Origin: Macrostomum hystrix
Lineage: Eukaryota; Animalia; Platyhelminthes
Reading direction: 5' to 3'
Assembly (NCBI GenBank): GCA_950097015.1
Contig: CATNEN010000005.1
Location: 5,642,001 to 5,706,000 of the forward strand
Length of the DNA stretch: 64,000 nucleotides
Part shown: in pieces, positions 12,569-23,726 of the stretch
How positions within the stretch are numbered: the stretch's first letter is position 1
How the letters are laid out: every line of letters starts with the position of its first letter
The notes under the pieces: model-generated
What the model saw: only the letters and a program-made list of their open reading frames with translations
The model's database searches: none
What the model was told of the DNA's origin: nothing
Position numbers and translations under genes: made by a program

Positions 12569-14322
12569 GTAACAGTGAATGACTGATTAGATGAGATATG
12601 TACACTCGGGATCAGTCGCTTGTGAGACTTTTGTACCAAAGAAGTATTTATATCTACCACCGTACAGGGTGTCCGCAACCTGGAAAATCTGGAAAAACCT
12701 GGAAACCCCCAAAACAGTAGAAAAAACTGGAAAAAGACCAATGTGGGAGTGGAAACCTGGAATTATCATTCGTCCTGGTAGCGGGTAGCTGGTGGCCGCA
12801 AGAACATATGCTCTCCAAGAATATTCTATCTTTTCCGATCATGTCCCCTTTTAGTTTTCGTCAATTGCTCATTGCTCATTGAAATCGTTTAATCTGAATT
12901 TTACCCAATTTCGCTATGGAAAAATATAAAGCTCGTAGTGTTGTAGCATGTGTGAATGAATGAATGAATTAATTAATTGCTTCTGATCTGAATTTGGGAG
13001 CTGCGTAGCTCCCGAGCGAGCTGGAAACACTAAATCAATAAACATTGTTGCGTACATTCAATTTATAAAGCTCCTTTAATTTTATAACACTTCTTCGCTG
13101 AAATGGAATTTTTACTTTAGATTCATATTTATTGGTATTGGCGGAAGCGGTAGCAAATAGGCATGGCTATTCGTATAAATAAAAGTAGCGTGCCTTTTTG
13201 GGATGGGGTTGATGATCAGATATTTTGCCTTATTTTAATTTGTTCTTTAAGTGCATTTAAAGGCGTACGTGTATTTGTATTGAATTGGTACGGGATTTAG
13301 TTGTGCGACACCTTAAAATTAGGCTGTTCGTGGAATTAGGATGGCGCGCTGCACTGCACGCATGGATTCCTGCATGTCGTGCAAAGACATTCACAATACG
13401 TAACAAAATTTCGTCATGGGAACGTTGGGGAGACGAACAGGAAAACGGACGTGAAACCAAATGAATTTCCTCCTGGATATGTATCATGGACGTAACCATA
13501 CGTAAAAATGTTGTTCGGGTGGATGTGGGAAAAGTGCCTTAGGTCCGGTGGGAGTCCGGTAAGGCAAGGTAAGGCTCCCGGAAAGGTTCCGGTAGGGAAA
13601 AAGGGTAGGTAAAAAGGTAGGAAGAAGGTTGTCCTAGGGGCAGCGCAGCGCGCTTTCTTAAATAGTCCTGCAGCACGCCAACCCCGACATCCATCAAAAT
13701 AACCCACATTCGCGCCAGCCTGTCATCAAGGAATCAAAGCGGCGAAGGCCACCCCGATTACCCAATGAACCAGCGGCGAGAAACGACAGATGCTCCCTCG
13801 CGAGCAGCCGCCGACAGTCGGCCAATAATTGTTACTCCGCCAGGACAATGGGAAGTGCAGGCGCCGACCTGCCTACAGTGACATTTACATGTATCTAAAG
13901 GAGGGAGGTCATAAAGTCGAGCTGGGCTCGAATACTGTAAAGAAGTGGGGACGTGAAGAATTTATGATCACTCATAATGCCCAAGTGATTCCCAATATCT
14001 GATCGCGGTTTGGAGGGGAATTATGACCTAAACTACTCATACAATAAAAGCTATGGCCGAGATCAGTCATTCCTACAGGGGTCTAGACAGATCCAGGGAA
14101 AAGGGATTCGACGGCTACTTAATTCACCGCCGCCCAAAACCCGGCCCTAAGATTTATGATCTTGTTTGTGGCCAGCTGCTAGGTGGGTCGCGATTATTGA
14201 TTGCTTAAAAATTTGAAAAATTATGCTGGCTCACATTCCCACTCGATTCCCGCAGCACACTCCACATCAGCTTCTAAATTCGTATTGAATTCTGAAGCAA
14301 CCAAGTCACTCTCGTACTGAGA

Positions 14323-15390
14323 ATGATTAGGACAGCATCGCAGGAGGACCTCGCTAAGCAGTTATTCTTAAGCAATAGCGAGAGTGAAGAAATGAACATC
14401 GAGGATCAGCTATTATTAAGCGATAGTGATCATGTCGCTAAAGATTGGGAGAAAGAAGCTGAAAATGAGGCACCCGAGAAGCAGCCAACTTGGCCTAAGT
14501 CTGTAGGTACGACGAGAAAACCAGCCAAGAAGGATGGGCCGGAGGTGCGTACTGCGCCTGCTGTGCCAACCGCCTTACAGAAGCCACAAATACTGCCCAC
14601 GGTCCTTCAAGTGGTAAAGGCGAACAACAACCTACCCACACAGAAGCCGGCAGTGATGCCACAGCAAGGAAGAAAAAGACTGGCATCCGTGGTGACGAAA
14701 CCAACGAAACCAACAGCTGACAAGCATAAATTACTACGCTTACAAGCGAACACCCCCGTAGTAATATCTGAAGAAGTGATAAAACGTCACCCTGAAGGCG
14801 CCAAGCCTAGCACGTTGTTAAGCCAGTCAATCTGGCGGGCACCACCAAAGGCAACTCGAAAATGGCAGAGACTGCAGCCATTAGAGTTACCACCACCAAC
14901 AAGAAAACCAGCACAGCCGGTGCCAACAGGCAAATCTGTTTCACCGCCTCGTGACCCGAGGAAGCCACCACAACAGGTTTGAAGACAAGAGATCAAGGCA
15001 AAATCATCACAAATACTGTCTAATAATATGGGTGAAGAGTATGGTGTGCTACTGCATACCTTAGAAGGCAACCAACAACAACAGTTAAAATGCCAGGTCG
15101 CACTACTAAAACAACATTATCTAAAGACTGGGCGGTACGAAGATAAACGGCCACCACCAAGACGAGAAGAAATTATGCCGGTTATCCATAAGTTAAAGCG
15201 CAACTTCTCACCAGAGCATGCTGTGGCCGCATGGCAGCGAGCCACCCAGTATGCGCTTCACTCGCTGGATTTGATCGCCAACGGCTACAACGTCACGAAA
15301 ATGCGTATTGAAGTCGCCTGGATCGGCCAGGAAGTCGGCTGGCCCTTTAAGGACCAGCTACCCAAGGAGTTCGCCTTGGACAAAGATTAA
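14323..15390 (+). CDS. E1 accessory ORF (~355 codons, one in-frame TGA at 14980-14982)
   Basis: The 14323 and 15028 ORFs are in the same frame and the gap between them is open after the single TGA. Pro/Lys-rich N-part, then a helical C-domain resembling the E2 and E3 accessory ORFs. Confidence 0.6.
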
Positions 15391-17941
15391 TATACTACAT
15401 ATCTTGGACTTTTGATAATTTCCATACTATATCTCTTATATACTTGCATACTTCCTTTTTTTCTTTGTGCCTATCCCTTGTGTATATAATATGCTCTTAT
15501 GCTTTTATGTTTCTTTTTATAATTTTTTCACTTCTTTTTAAAAATTATTGTAAAGGGAAGCCAGTTGAGGTAGTTAGAAGTTTATCGTTTTAGAATTCTA
15601 TTATTATTTTAAATTTTTTTGTGTAAACAAATATTGTCAATAAATTGTATTATGAAATGTATTTTATTAGTATAGTAAATGATTTTATTCTTTTGTAATA
15701 ATTAGTCTTCTTGTTTAAAAAGGAATTTAGTTGCGATATTTGTTTTAATTTTCTCCGCCACCCCAACCTTTTGGTATATATAGCAGCAGTTTTACGTCCT
15801 CGAAATATAACTTCCTTCACCGTTGGCTATAAAATTTATTCAAAAAAGTAAAAGAAGCCATTATAACTTAGTGTTATTTATTTAAAGGTTCTAGAACTGT
15901 ATTAGTTCTGGTAACGAGAAAGTATACGGTGATCATAGTGTTGAACTGTACTAGTTCTATACTATTATCTAGGGTATATCAACGTATTGTTGATCTAAAT
16001 AAAGACGTATTGTCTTTATTACTTAGGTTAAATCAACGTATTGTTGATCTAAATAAGACATATTGTCTTATTAGTTACAGGGTATATCAACGTATTGTTG
16101 TTATTGTTATTAAGAAAGAATTCTCACTCCTGATCGTGACTGCCGGGCAATTTCAATCCACAGCGTAAAGCCCCGGAAGACTGGAAATAGAATTTTAGGA
16201 AGTGCCTTACCGCTCGGGCACATTCAGCTACCATAGTAACACGTCATTCACGTGATACTAATAGACAAATATTAGAAACTAGGATAAATAAAACCGCACA
16301 GAGAACGGCTGCTACATGATAGTGTATTTAAACAAACAGACTTTCGAGTTGGAATAACTGTCGGAATATTCCAACAGGTAATGTAACACATTAACTGTCG
16401 GAATAAGTGTCGGAATATTCCGAGTTGGACTAAGTTTCTAAGCTCTAGGACAGATTAGTTAGGTACCCGGTAAAATGCGGAATCCGCAACGGAATCGGAA
16501 TGGAATAGTACGGTAAAACGCGGAATCCGCAGCGGAATGGTAAACTGCGGAACGAAGTGCGGATTCCGCACATTAAAGTAAAACGCGGAATGCGAAAATA
16601 AAAAAAGTAAAATGCGGAATGAAAACTAACTGAATTATACTTTTATTCATCACCTTATATTTAAAAAATCATCTGAAATTTATGTACATTTTTGCTGAAC
16701 AAATTGTTTTTCATTGTCACTATGACACTCAAATCAAATCTGTTGATCTTCCCTTAGCATGAAGATAGAGCTTTGGCAACTTATTTAAGGTAAATTCATA
16801 CTCTGGAAGCGAAAGTGCATACTACGTACAATTTTTATATTTAATGTATTTCAAAAGTGCCCGCTGACATGTGGCGAGAAGTCATCCTACATCCTATTGC
16901 TGTCAAAAAAAATCGTAGCATTAAATGTGCATTTCTTAAAAAAAATTCTATCCGAAACTTTAGGACAAGATAGATTTTAGCGAAGCTAAAATTACGATTT
17001 GCAAGACGCCTTTACGTTTTTAGTGTCAAGAAAGGCAATAAATAGTACAAGGAGCATGGAAAGTCAGATCAGTCAGATCAGTATGGAAGGTCAGTACCCT
17101 CTGGGAAAATCGCCGGCGAATCGCAAGCGAATCGTCAGCGAGACAGCGAAGTAGTGGCGACAATATTTTTTCTTCATTTCCCATATAGAACGTTTCAAAA
17201 AGCTGTGTTTGTCTGGAACTTTTCTTCCTGCAGCATAAAACATAGTTTTTCCACCTCGGTCGCATTGGCGAATCGTCAGCGGAACATTAGCGAAGTTTCG
17301 CCAGCGACTTTTCGCCAGCGACGGGACAGCGAATCACTGGCGAATAAGCGCTTGATTATTTATTATTGGGGCTCTATTTTGCTAGTAAATATAAGAAAAT
17401 GTATAAAATTATTTGATTTCTCACTTGCATAACAATCCCTTCATTCTATTCTATCGAATTTACCACTGCTTGGGGGTATGAATCAGATAAATAATATATA
17501 GTGACTTCTCTAGGCAATAGAAAGTTAGGTATAACGAGTGGAACTCCTCCACTGGAGGACAAACCCAAGAAATTCGACTCCCCGAATTGTAATGTTGATG
17601 CAGTGTTTGAATCGCGAAGTCAAGGCATAGTATGGAAATTATCAATCTGGGCATACGTTTATATTTATAGTTGCACATCGGGTTCCGGAGTAACTATTAC
17701 AAAAAAGGGCATTGTTTTTATCGCAACCTTTTTGTTAACTTTATTAATCTATGCCTGCAAATAGTGCTTACTTCTAAGGACACAAATCAATTGGCCGATC
17801 TTTTTGCTTGTTTAAATACTTATTTTTCAACATTGCCGACAGGAGCAATTCAAATGTGTTTGCGCTCGTTCCGTCGTAACTAGTAGAGTCTAGACAAAAT
17901 TTATATAATGAGACGCTTAAAATGTTTTCTCTATTTCTCTA

Positions 17942-19075
17942 GAGTTTGAGGACTTTTGTAAGCTGTATGGCATCCGTCATACGCACACGTGTCCCTATAA
18001 CCCGGCCAGTAATGGCCAGGTCGAAAACCTGAATCGCCAAATCAAGTCAGTGCTCACGTGCTTGTTGGAAAAGGATCACAAGGATTGGGACCTGATGCTG
18101 CCCGCGTGCTTAATCGCGTTGCGCACCAGTGTCCACCCTGTGACCGGGTACACGCCGTACTTCCTGGTCTTCGGACGGGAGTACCGGCTGCCCGTAGACA
18201 ACACGTTGACTGCGCTGGCTGAGTACGCAGACTTGCCAGATTATCTCCGACATTTCCAGGAGCGCATAGACCAGGCGGTCAATTGTGCCCGGGACAAGCT
18301 CGAGAGGTACCAGGTGCTGCGAGAAGAACACTACCAAGAAAGACCGCAGGCGAGACCACTCCGCCCAGGCCAGCTGGTCCTGCTTAACAACCCGGTGATC
18401 GAATCCGGCGAGATCAGCAAATTCCATCGGCCTAGACAATCGGTCTACGTAGTGCTCGAGTGTAAGGGCGAAACGGTGTACAAGATCAGGCGACACGGCA
18501 ACACCAGGAAGGCCAGGAAGCAGGTGCTGGTAGTCCACCGGCGCAACCTGCTCCCGGTACCGGCCTCAATATGCGACAGGACGGAAGAGGCGAGCCCGGC
18601 ACGGCGGAAGCTCGGAAGGCCACCCAAGGGCAGCCCTCCAGTAGCCGACGCGGCCGGTGAGCCTGCCGACAGCGACGACGACGACGACGACGAGATCGGC
18701 CTGTGGAGCGCTCGAAGGTGGCACCTGCGACCACGAGTTGTTTCCAGGTCGAATCCCCACGAACCGGCCGGTCCAGAGAGCTGCAACGGAGAAGAGGCGG
18801 GGGAGGCGTATGGTGATGTGGTTGTCCTGCCGTCGGACAGTCCGTTGCCCTCTCCAACCCCGTCCCCTATCCCATCCTCTGTGCACGGGGAAGTTGCAGA
18901 AAGTGTTAGGACCGAAGGTGTAGGTGAGGCTGCTCAGATAGGTGAAGCTAGGGATCAGGAGACGCAGCAGAGGCCGCAAAGAGTTAGGCGAGAGCCGGAA
19001 AGGCTGCAGGTCGATCCCAGGAGAAAATCCTACTTCATCAGAATGATGCGCCGCCTACCTAAAATGTTTCAGTGA
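17942..19075 (+). pseudogene. pol: 5'-truncated Ty3/Gypsy integrase (element E2)
   Basis: EFEDFCKLYGIRHTHTCPYNPASNGQVENLNRQIK...TGYTPYFLVFGRE...VHRRNLLP; colinear with the E1 integrase. Nothing upstream of about 17930. Confidence 0.88.
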
Positions 19076-19126
19076 TCTCCTGTCCGAATCCATCCGGAGA
19101 AGATTTCCTGAAAGAAATAATAAGAA

Positions 19127-19918
19127 ATGGAAAACAAAGAGAATCTAGGTCCGGAAGAGAGGATGCCGACACGCCCACGTCTAATGGGGCTAGTGAGGAA
19201 GATCGGTGATTCAACGGAGCAGGCAGTCAAGCGCCCTGCTGCAGCACCGCTTGGGCCAGCTGGCAAGAGGCGGCAGATAGCCGTGCAGGCGGTGCCGGAA
19301 ACCGCAGAAGCCGGTGTACAGGTTCGCCGACCTATTGTGAGCAGCAGCAGCAGTGGGTCCGACGAGGCCCAAGCAGACCCTGTGGAAAACGTGTGGGCTG
19401 CCTTGCAGGAGGGCATGCCCTCGGAGGACGAAGGCCTTTCGGATCCAGACTCCTCTGAGGAGCTGCCAGTCGTCGAGGGGCCGGCAGCACCACCGCCACT
19501 GCCATGGCAACCGCCCCAGACCTCTTCCTCCAGCGACAGCTTGGAAGAAGCGGGCGCGGGGGCCAGGCCGAGAAGACGGCGAGGCGGCGCCCAGCGACGC
19601 AGGCAGCGTCGGGCACAGTGGGGTCATCGGGCGCCGGACAGAGAGCGTGCCGTTGGCGAGTTGGCCCAGGCTTTGGCGAGAGCAGCCCAAGGAGCACGTG
19701 AAGATGGGTGGCCGGCCAACATCCAACAGGGTTTCATCAGCGAAGAAAGGGCCACCAGGAGGGAAATGGCCCACGAGGCAGCAACGCTGGCGGAGCGAAT
19801 CGTCGGCGGTCCAGCTGCGGCCCCACTGCTACTGGTGGCACGGTATGGACAGGCGGCGATCGAGCTCGTCGAAGCCGCGTGGTACCCTGAGGCCCTCATT
19901 AGGATGGCCAGGTTTTGA
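19127..19918 (+). CDS. E2 accessory ORF, 263 aa, unknown function
   Basis: Intact ORF 52 nt after the integrase stop, strong Kozak context (gaaATGG). Disordered N-part and helical C-domain with the shared motif. Confidence 0.7.
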   Translation: MENKENLGPEERMPTRPRLMGLVRKIGDSTEQAVKRPAAAPLGPAGKRRQIAVQAVPETAEAGVQVRRPIVSSSSSGSDEAQADPVENVWAALQEGMPSEDEGLSDPDSSEELPVVEGPAAPPPLPWQPPQTSSSSDSLEEAGAGARPRRRRGGAQRRRQRRAQWGHRAPDRERAVGELAQALARAAQGAREDGWPANIQQGFISEERATRREMAHEAATLAERIVGGPAAAPLLLVARYGQAAIELVEAAWYPEALIRMARF

Positions 19919-20274
19919 CAGGGCCGTTTAGGGCGATTAAGGGTGCTGTCCTCTTTTAATGTTGTTGAGTGATTGTTTTTCCTTTTTATCCAGTTTTCAT
20001 GTGCCATGCCCATTTATTTGCTAGTTCATAGCGTGGTGTGTTCCTTTTTGTTTGTTTTAGTGCGGATTGTGCATGTTTGTTCTGTTGGTGTTAGTTCCAT
20101 TTTTTCGGTGTGAATTTTGGTGCGCCACTAAAGATGGTCATTGTTTCATGTAGCTTCATCTTTATGCGCCATTACAGAAGAAAGAAATAAAAAGGAAGCG
20201 TTGCTTACCTGTTTTGGTTTAAGTGCGGCTGACGGCCAGCCGGTGTTGACCGTCATCCTTTAGCTGGAGGAGAA

Positions 20275-21627
20275 TGATGTGCTGTAGACTGCTGAGCAGC
20301 CTCCAGGCAATCTGTGAGTCAGGCTGTTCTAGGTCTGTGGGAGGGCTAGGGGTTGGTAGTTAGTGTTTCCCGTGCACTGTCACCTCCGCTCGCCACCCCC
20401 TCCGCTCTCTCTCTCTCTTTCCAGCTCTGTCTGCGCACTGAGTCACATTGCACACCATGGTGCAATCGCTTAAGTTCGGAAGAAGACTGGCAGAACAACG
20501 CTCAAATGCTCCTACTATAAGTAGAGCACAGTCCGACGAATCCTTGAGATGGTGTTGTTATCATGGTAGCACGATTTCTGTATGAATATGGCACTTTCTT
20601 GTCTCCAGTCTTCATGCGTTTTGCAACGTTTGCGTTTCACATCGATTGTGTTCTTTTGCAATCTTTGTATCTTGTCTGCTAACATTATTGTGAAGCAAGG
20701 CCGTGTGTTGCATTTAGAAGCATAGCACATCGCCAGGCTTCAGAAGCAGGGAATCTAAGTAGTAGAACATACTGCTAGAGCCTAAATAAAGACCGAGGAA
20801 ACTAGGTAATCTAGCCTGACTACCGGGTTGCTCCACTGCTACGAAGCATTCAGTGTTGAGGCCGGTAAACTCTCTCTCTCGGAATCTGGTTCCTGTCTTG
20901 GTTATTTGCCAATTGTGTGTGCCACGCTACCACAGGTACAACAAAATAAATTGGCTTAAGTCTTAATTGTGTGTTTGGCACAGAGATTACGTGAATTTGC
21001 TGCCGTCGTGATTGATTGCCGCCATTCCTGCCCTCAATATTTCAGAGTTCCCGTGCCGCCGCCGCCAGTGCGAGTGGAATTTGCTATTAGTAAGTTGCCG
21101 TAATCCAACTTTGCCTCTCATCCTGACTTAGCCACCAGTGAAATATTATTCGAACGAAATCACTGAATCCCTGCATTCACCCCCAGCCGCAGCTGCTTAA
21201 CTACCCACTTCTTCATAAAACAACCCATTCCATCTTCCACAGATATTGACGTGGCGCCCGGCCACCTTGTGCAGGCCGCGCGCGACATTGGAGAAAGCAT
21301 ACTATCGGGACCGATCGGCCCAATCGCTGCGGCCGGCCTCTTGGCCGTCGCAGGGACCCTGATGGCCGCCTGCCTCCGCCAGCGCCGTTGAAGGAAAAGA
21401 GAGGCCGAAAAGGACGGGCTCTGGGATTTTTTTTACAAAGACATTGACCCCAGAGCCACTGTATATAATCCCAATTTTTATTTCCCCTACCCTTCCTTTG
21501 CTTATTTTTTTTTTGATGCATGTTTTGCTTGCTTGTATATAAATTGTAAATAGACCACTAATTACTTACTAATTACCTTTACTATTAATAAATTACTCTT
21601 ATTCCGAACATGCTATGTGCCGTTACA
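20275..21627 (+). mobile_element. Putative 3' LTR of E2
   Basis: Purine run ggaggagaa (20266-20274) directly before TGATGTG, the same start as the E3 LTR. AATAAA at 21587; tentative end ...GTTACA at 21627. Confidence 0.5.
20984..21391 (+). CDS. Putative small spliced gene ending in a hydrophobic segment (exons 20984-21089, 21243-21391)
   Basis: gtaagt donor at 21090, ttccacag acceptor at 21242, frame preserved across the junction. Ends IAAAGLLAVAGTLMAACLRQRR*; AATAAA downstream. No start codon located. Confidence 0.35.
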
Positions 21628-22464
21628 TGATTTCTCTCGCTAGGCCTTCTTCCTTTAAAAGAACGATGCTAGAAAATTCTAAAGGACAACGCGTCATTCC
21701 AAATCTACCACTAAAATGTGCTTCCTCAATAATAGTAAGGTGAACATGGAACTAAATTGAAAAATCACAACAGAAAGGCTTGTTTAGGCGCCCGCAATCC
21801 AGTTGATCCATCTACGTAAACAACCCTGTCCTTTTCGCGGTGCCTCACAGTCACTTCTCACCTCCCTTAGAAAAAGGAGCCACCATTGAAATGCCCACTG
21901 CCTTCTAAACCAATAAGAAAACTCCTCTCAACCTGAGCTAAAAGCCTGCCAGTCCTTGTTCAATCACCCACCCCACTCCAAACTTAGAGTGCCCATCATA
22001 CCACCCCGCTCACTTTGGCGGGTTGGTATCCCTCCTAATATAGAAATCTGTCCCCAGATGAACCAACTCCCGGGCCTACCCGAAACAAAGCGATATAGAG
22101 GGTGCTGTTTAAAATGTGGTGCGGGTAATATTAAATGTTTGAGAAAAGAGGGGTGCACGCCCTAGACTGCTGCAGTTAGAAATTATCTCAAGCGAAAAGT
22201 TTACTAGGGGAATTTCACCCCACTATGTATGTTTTTGGGTTTTTGACTAAAATTGTAAGAGTTTTTAGAATAAGATTTTTGTGCCAAGACGGCTTTAAAT
22301 GAAAGAAAGGAAGGTATGCACAATAGGAAGAGAGCAAAAGGTGCATAGTGCGAATGATTAATAGAGGGAAAAAGGACGAGGGGAACGAAGGAACAATTCA
22401 GTGGGTAGGGCTTACCATGGATGCTTTTCGCGCATTATCGTGCCCTTACTCGGATCCTGGGCCC

Positions 22465-23049
22465 CTATTCCTCGCCTCCATTCTTGATGGGAGTACTCCC
22501 TACCAGGCTCTCACCATCATCTTCCCCTTCCATCTGCCTTACCATTTGGCCGAGCGTGCTGTCGCCTGGTGGCGTCTCCTCGATGGTTGATGCCTCTACC
22601 GCCCAGCTTCTCCATGGCGTGGAGGCTAGCCCGGAAGATTGCCTCCAGACGGCTTCGCCAACTAGCTCTCCCACCAGCTGGTGCTCGAGATCCCACCTGC
22701 CAGGTATCCGGGTAGCCTGTAGCCAGGACATGAGGGCTTCGGGCACTGCCATGCCCCAGTCTTCTGGCGGACAGTAATGCGGCCACCGGAGATTCCAAGG
22801 CAGGATCTCCTCGTCCTCACCTCTTGGCGGGCTCGGGTCCCGTTCCTCGACCCATGCCTGCGCCAACCACCGGGCTTCGGCTAGCCTGCATGCCAGGGCG
22901 AGATCGATTCCGGCCTGTGCCGCACGGCCCAACGCAGGGAGTAGCCACAGGCGGACCATAATCCAGGTACTCCTGCCGGCCAACTCTCGCCGATAGTCGG
23001 TGGCGACCGTCTCCAGCCACCAGGCCACAGTGATGCTCAGGCCAGCCAT
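22465..23049 (-). CDS. E3 accessory ORF3, 194 aa, Trp-rich, unknown function
   Basis: Intact, gacATGG context, first ATG after a strong splice acceptor; N-half carries the shared motif. Confidence 0.65.
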   Translation of the reverse strand: MAGLSITVAWWLETVATDYRRELAGRSTWIMVRLWLLPALGRAAQAGIDLALACRLAEARWLAQAWVEERDPSPPRGEDEEILPWNLRWPHYCPPEDWGMAVPEALMSWLQATRIPGRWDLEHQLVGELVGEAVWRQSSGLASTPWRSWAVEASTIEETPPGDSTLGQMVRQMEGEDDGESLVGSTPIKNGGEE

Positions 23050-23180
23050 GTCGACAATCCTTGTTAAAATGAACTGACTGCGTCCCTTCTAAACTTCCCG
23101 GCTCCTCCACTAACCTCCAGTCTAAATATCCCCAAGGGGGGGAGAGGGGGGGAAGGAAAGGGGAGGGGAGTTCCTCAGCC

Positions 23181-23726
23181 CTAAAAGGCAGGCTTCCGCC
23201 TGAGCGAGAAAGGGATGGATTGGCTGTAGATTATTAGATTTCGCGAGTCAAAATCGAGAATGGCGTGATGGTGAACCAACCAGGAGGCGCCTAGCAGGGG
23301 GGAGCAGTCGCCCTCGACCACAAGGAATAGAGTATCCAGTGCTTCGGCGCCAACCTGTAATTTGATCCTGACCTGCGCGAGTGCAACAATTGGTGTGCCA
23401 TTGTACGTAATTAGTGAAAATTGAGGGGGTTCGAATGGGAACTGTCGGATGATGGATGACATCGAGCCCGGAAGCACATTCACCATTGACCCAGTGTCGA
23501 TCAGGAGGTCAAGGGGTGCTCCGTCCAACTCCAAGGCGACCCACACCTCACTGAGCTTCTCAGAGCGGTTGGGGCGGGTGCGCACTCGGGTGGGGACTCG
23601 GCCGAGTGAATTCACTCGGGCTTTGATGGGGGAGGCATCAACGGGGGGGCCTCGATCGCCCGAGCTGCCTGAGGCGCCTCCGGATAATCGGGCTGCCTCC
23701 AGTCGGCGGCCCCACTCCCGTTTCCC
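23181..23726 (-). CDS. pro: E3 aspartic protease, reached by -1 frameshift
   Basis: LDLLIDTGSMVNV...PLLGASWL motifs; frame is -1 to gag and open through the heptamer at 23720-23726. Confidence 0.88.
   Translation of the reverse strand, partial: GKREWGRRLEAARLSGGASGSSGDRGPPVDASPIKARVNSLGRVPTRVRTRPNRSEKLSEVWVALELDGAPLDLLIDTGSMVNVLPGSMSSIIRQFPFEPPQFSLITYNGTPIVALAQVRIKLQVGAEALDTLFLVVEGDCSPLLGASWLVHHHAILDFDSRNLIIYSQSIPFSLRRKPAF

Larger units (their letters stand above)
7441..13519 (+). mobile_element. CMC/EnSpm (CACTA-superfamily) DNA transposon, 6.1 kb
   Basis: TIRs cccgagcaacatttttacgt (7441-7460) and acgtaaaaatgttgttcggg (13500-13519), 19/20 match. TG duplicated on both sides. The flanks rejoin as in the uninterrupted LTR near 28900. 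Transposase inside. Confidence 0.88.
5829..14269 (-). mobile_element. Solo LTR of the E3 family (~2.36 kb once the EnSpm insert is removed)
   Basis: 5829-7440 plus 13520-14269 is colinear with 26039-28346. It ends in CCACATCA like the E3 LTR, and GCTT flanks it at 5825-5828 and 14270-14273. Confidence 0.75.
1..16316 (+). mobile_element. Ty3/Gypsy LTR retrotransposon E1 (5' end outside window; interrupted by a solo LTR and an EnSpm element)
   Basis: gag-PR-RT-RH-IN order, then an accessory ORF. Removing 5829-14273 rejoins the sequence at a GCTT duplication. The right end is tentative: AATAAA at 16287, then ...GCTACA at 16316. Confidence 0.8.

Noticed and set aside
12665-12790. hAT-like left end cagggtgtccgcaacctggaaaa
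   Set aside because: No partner TIR or TSD found.
17092-17350. gcgaatc-rich repeats resembling subterminal repeats
   Set aside because: Termini could not be defined.
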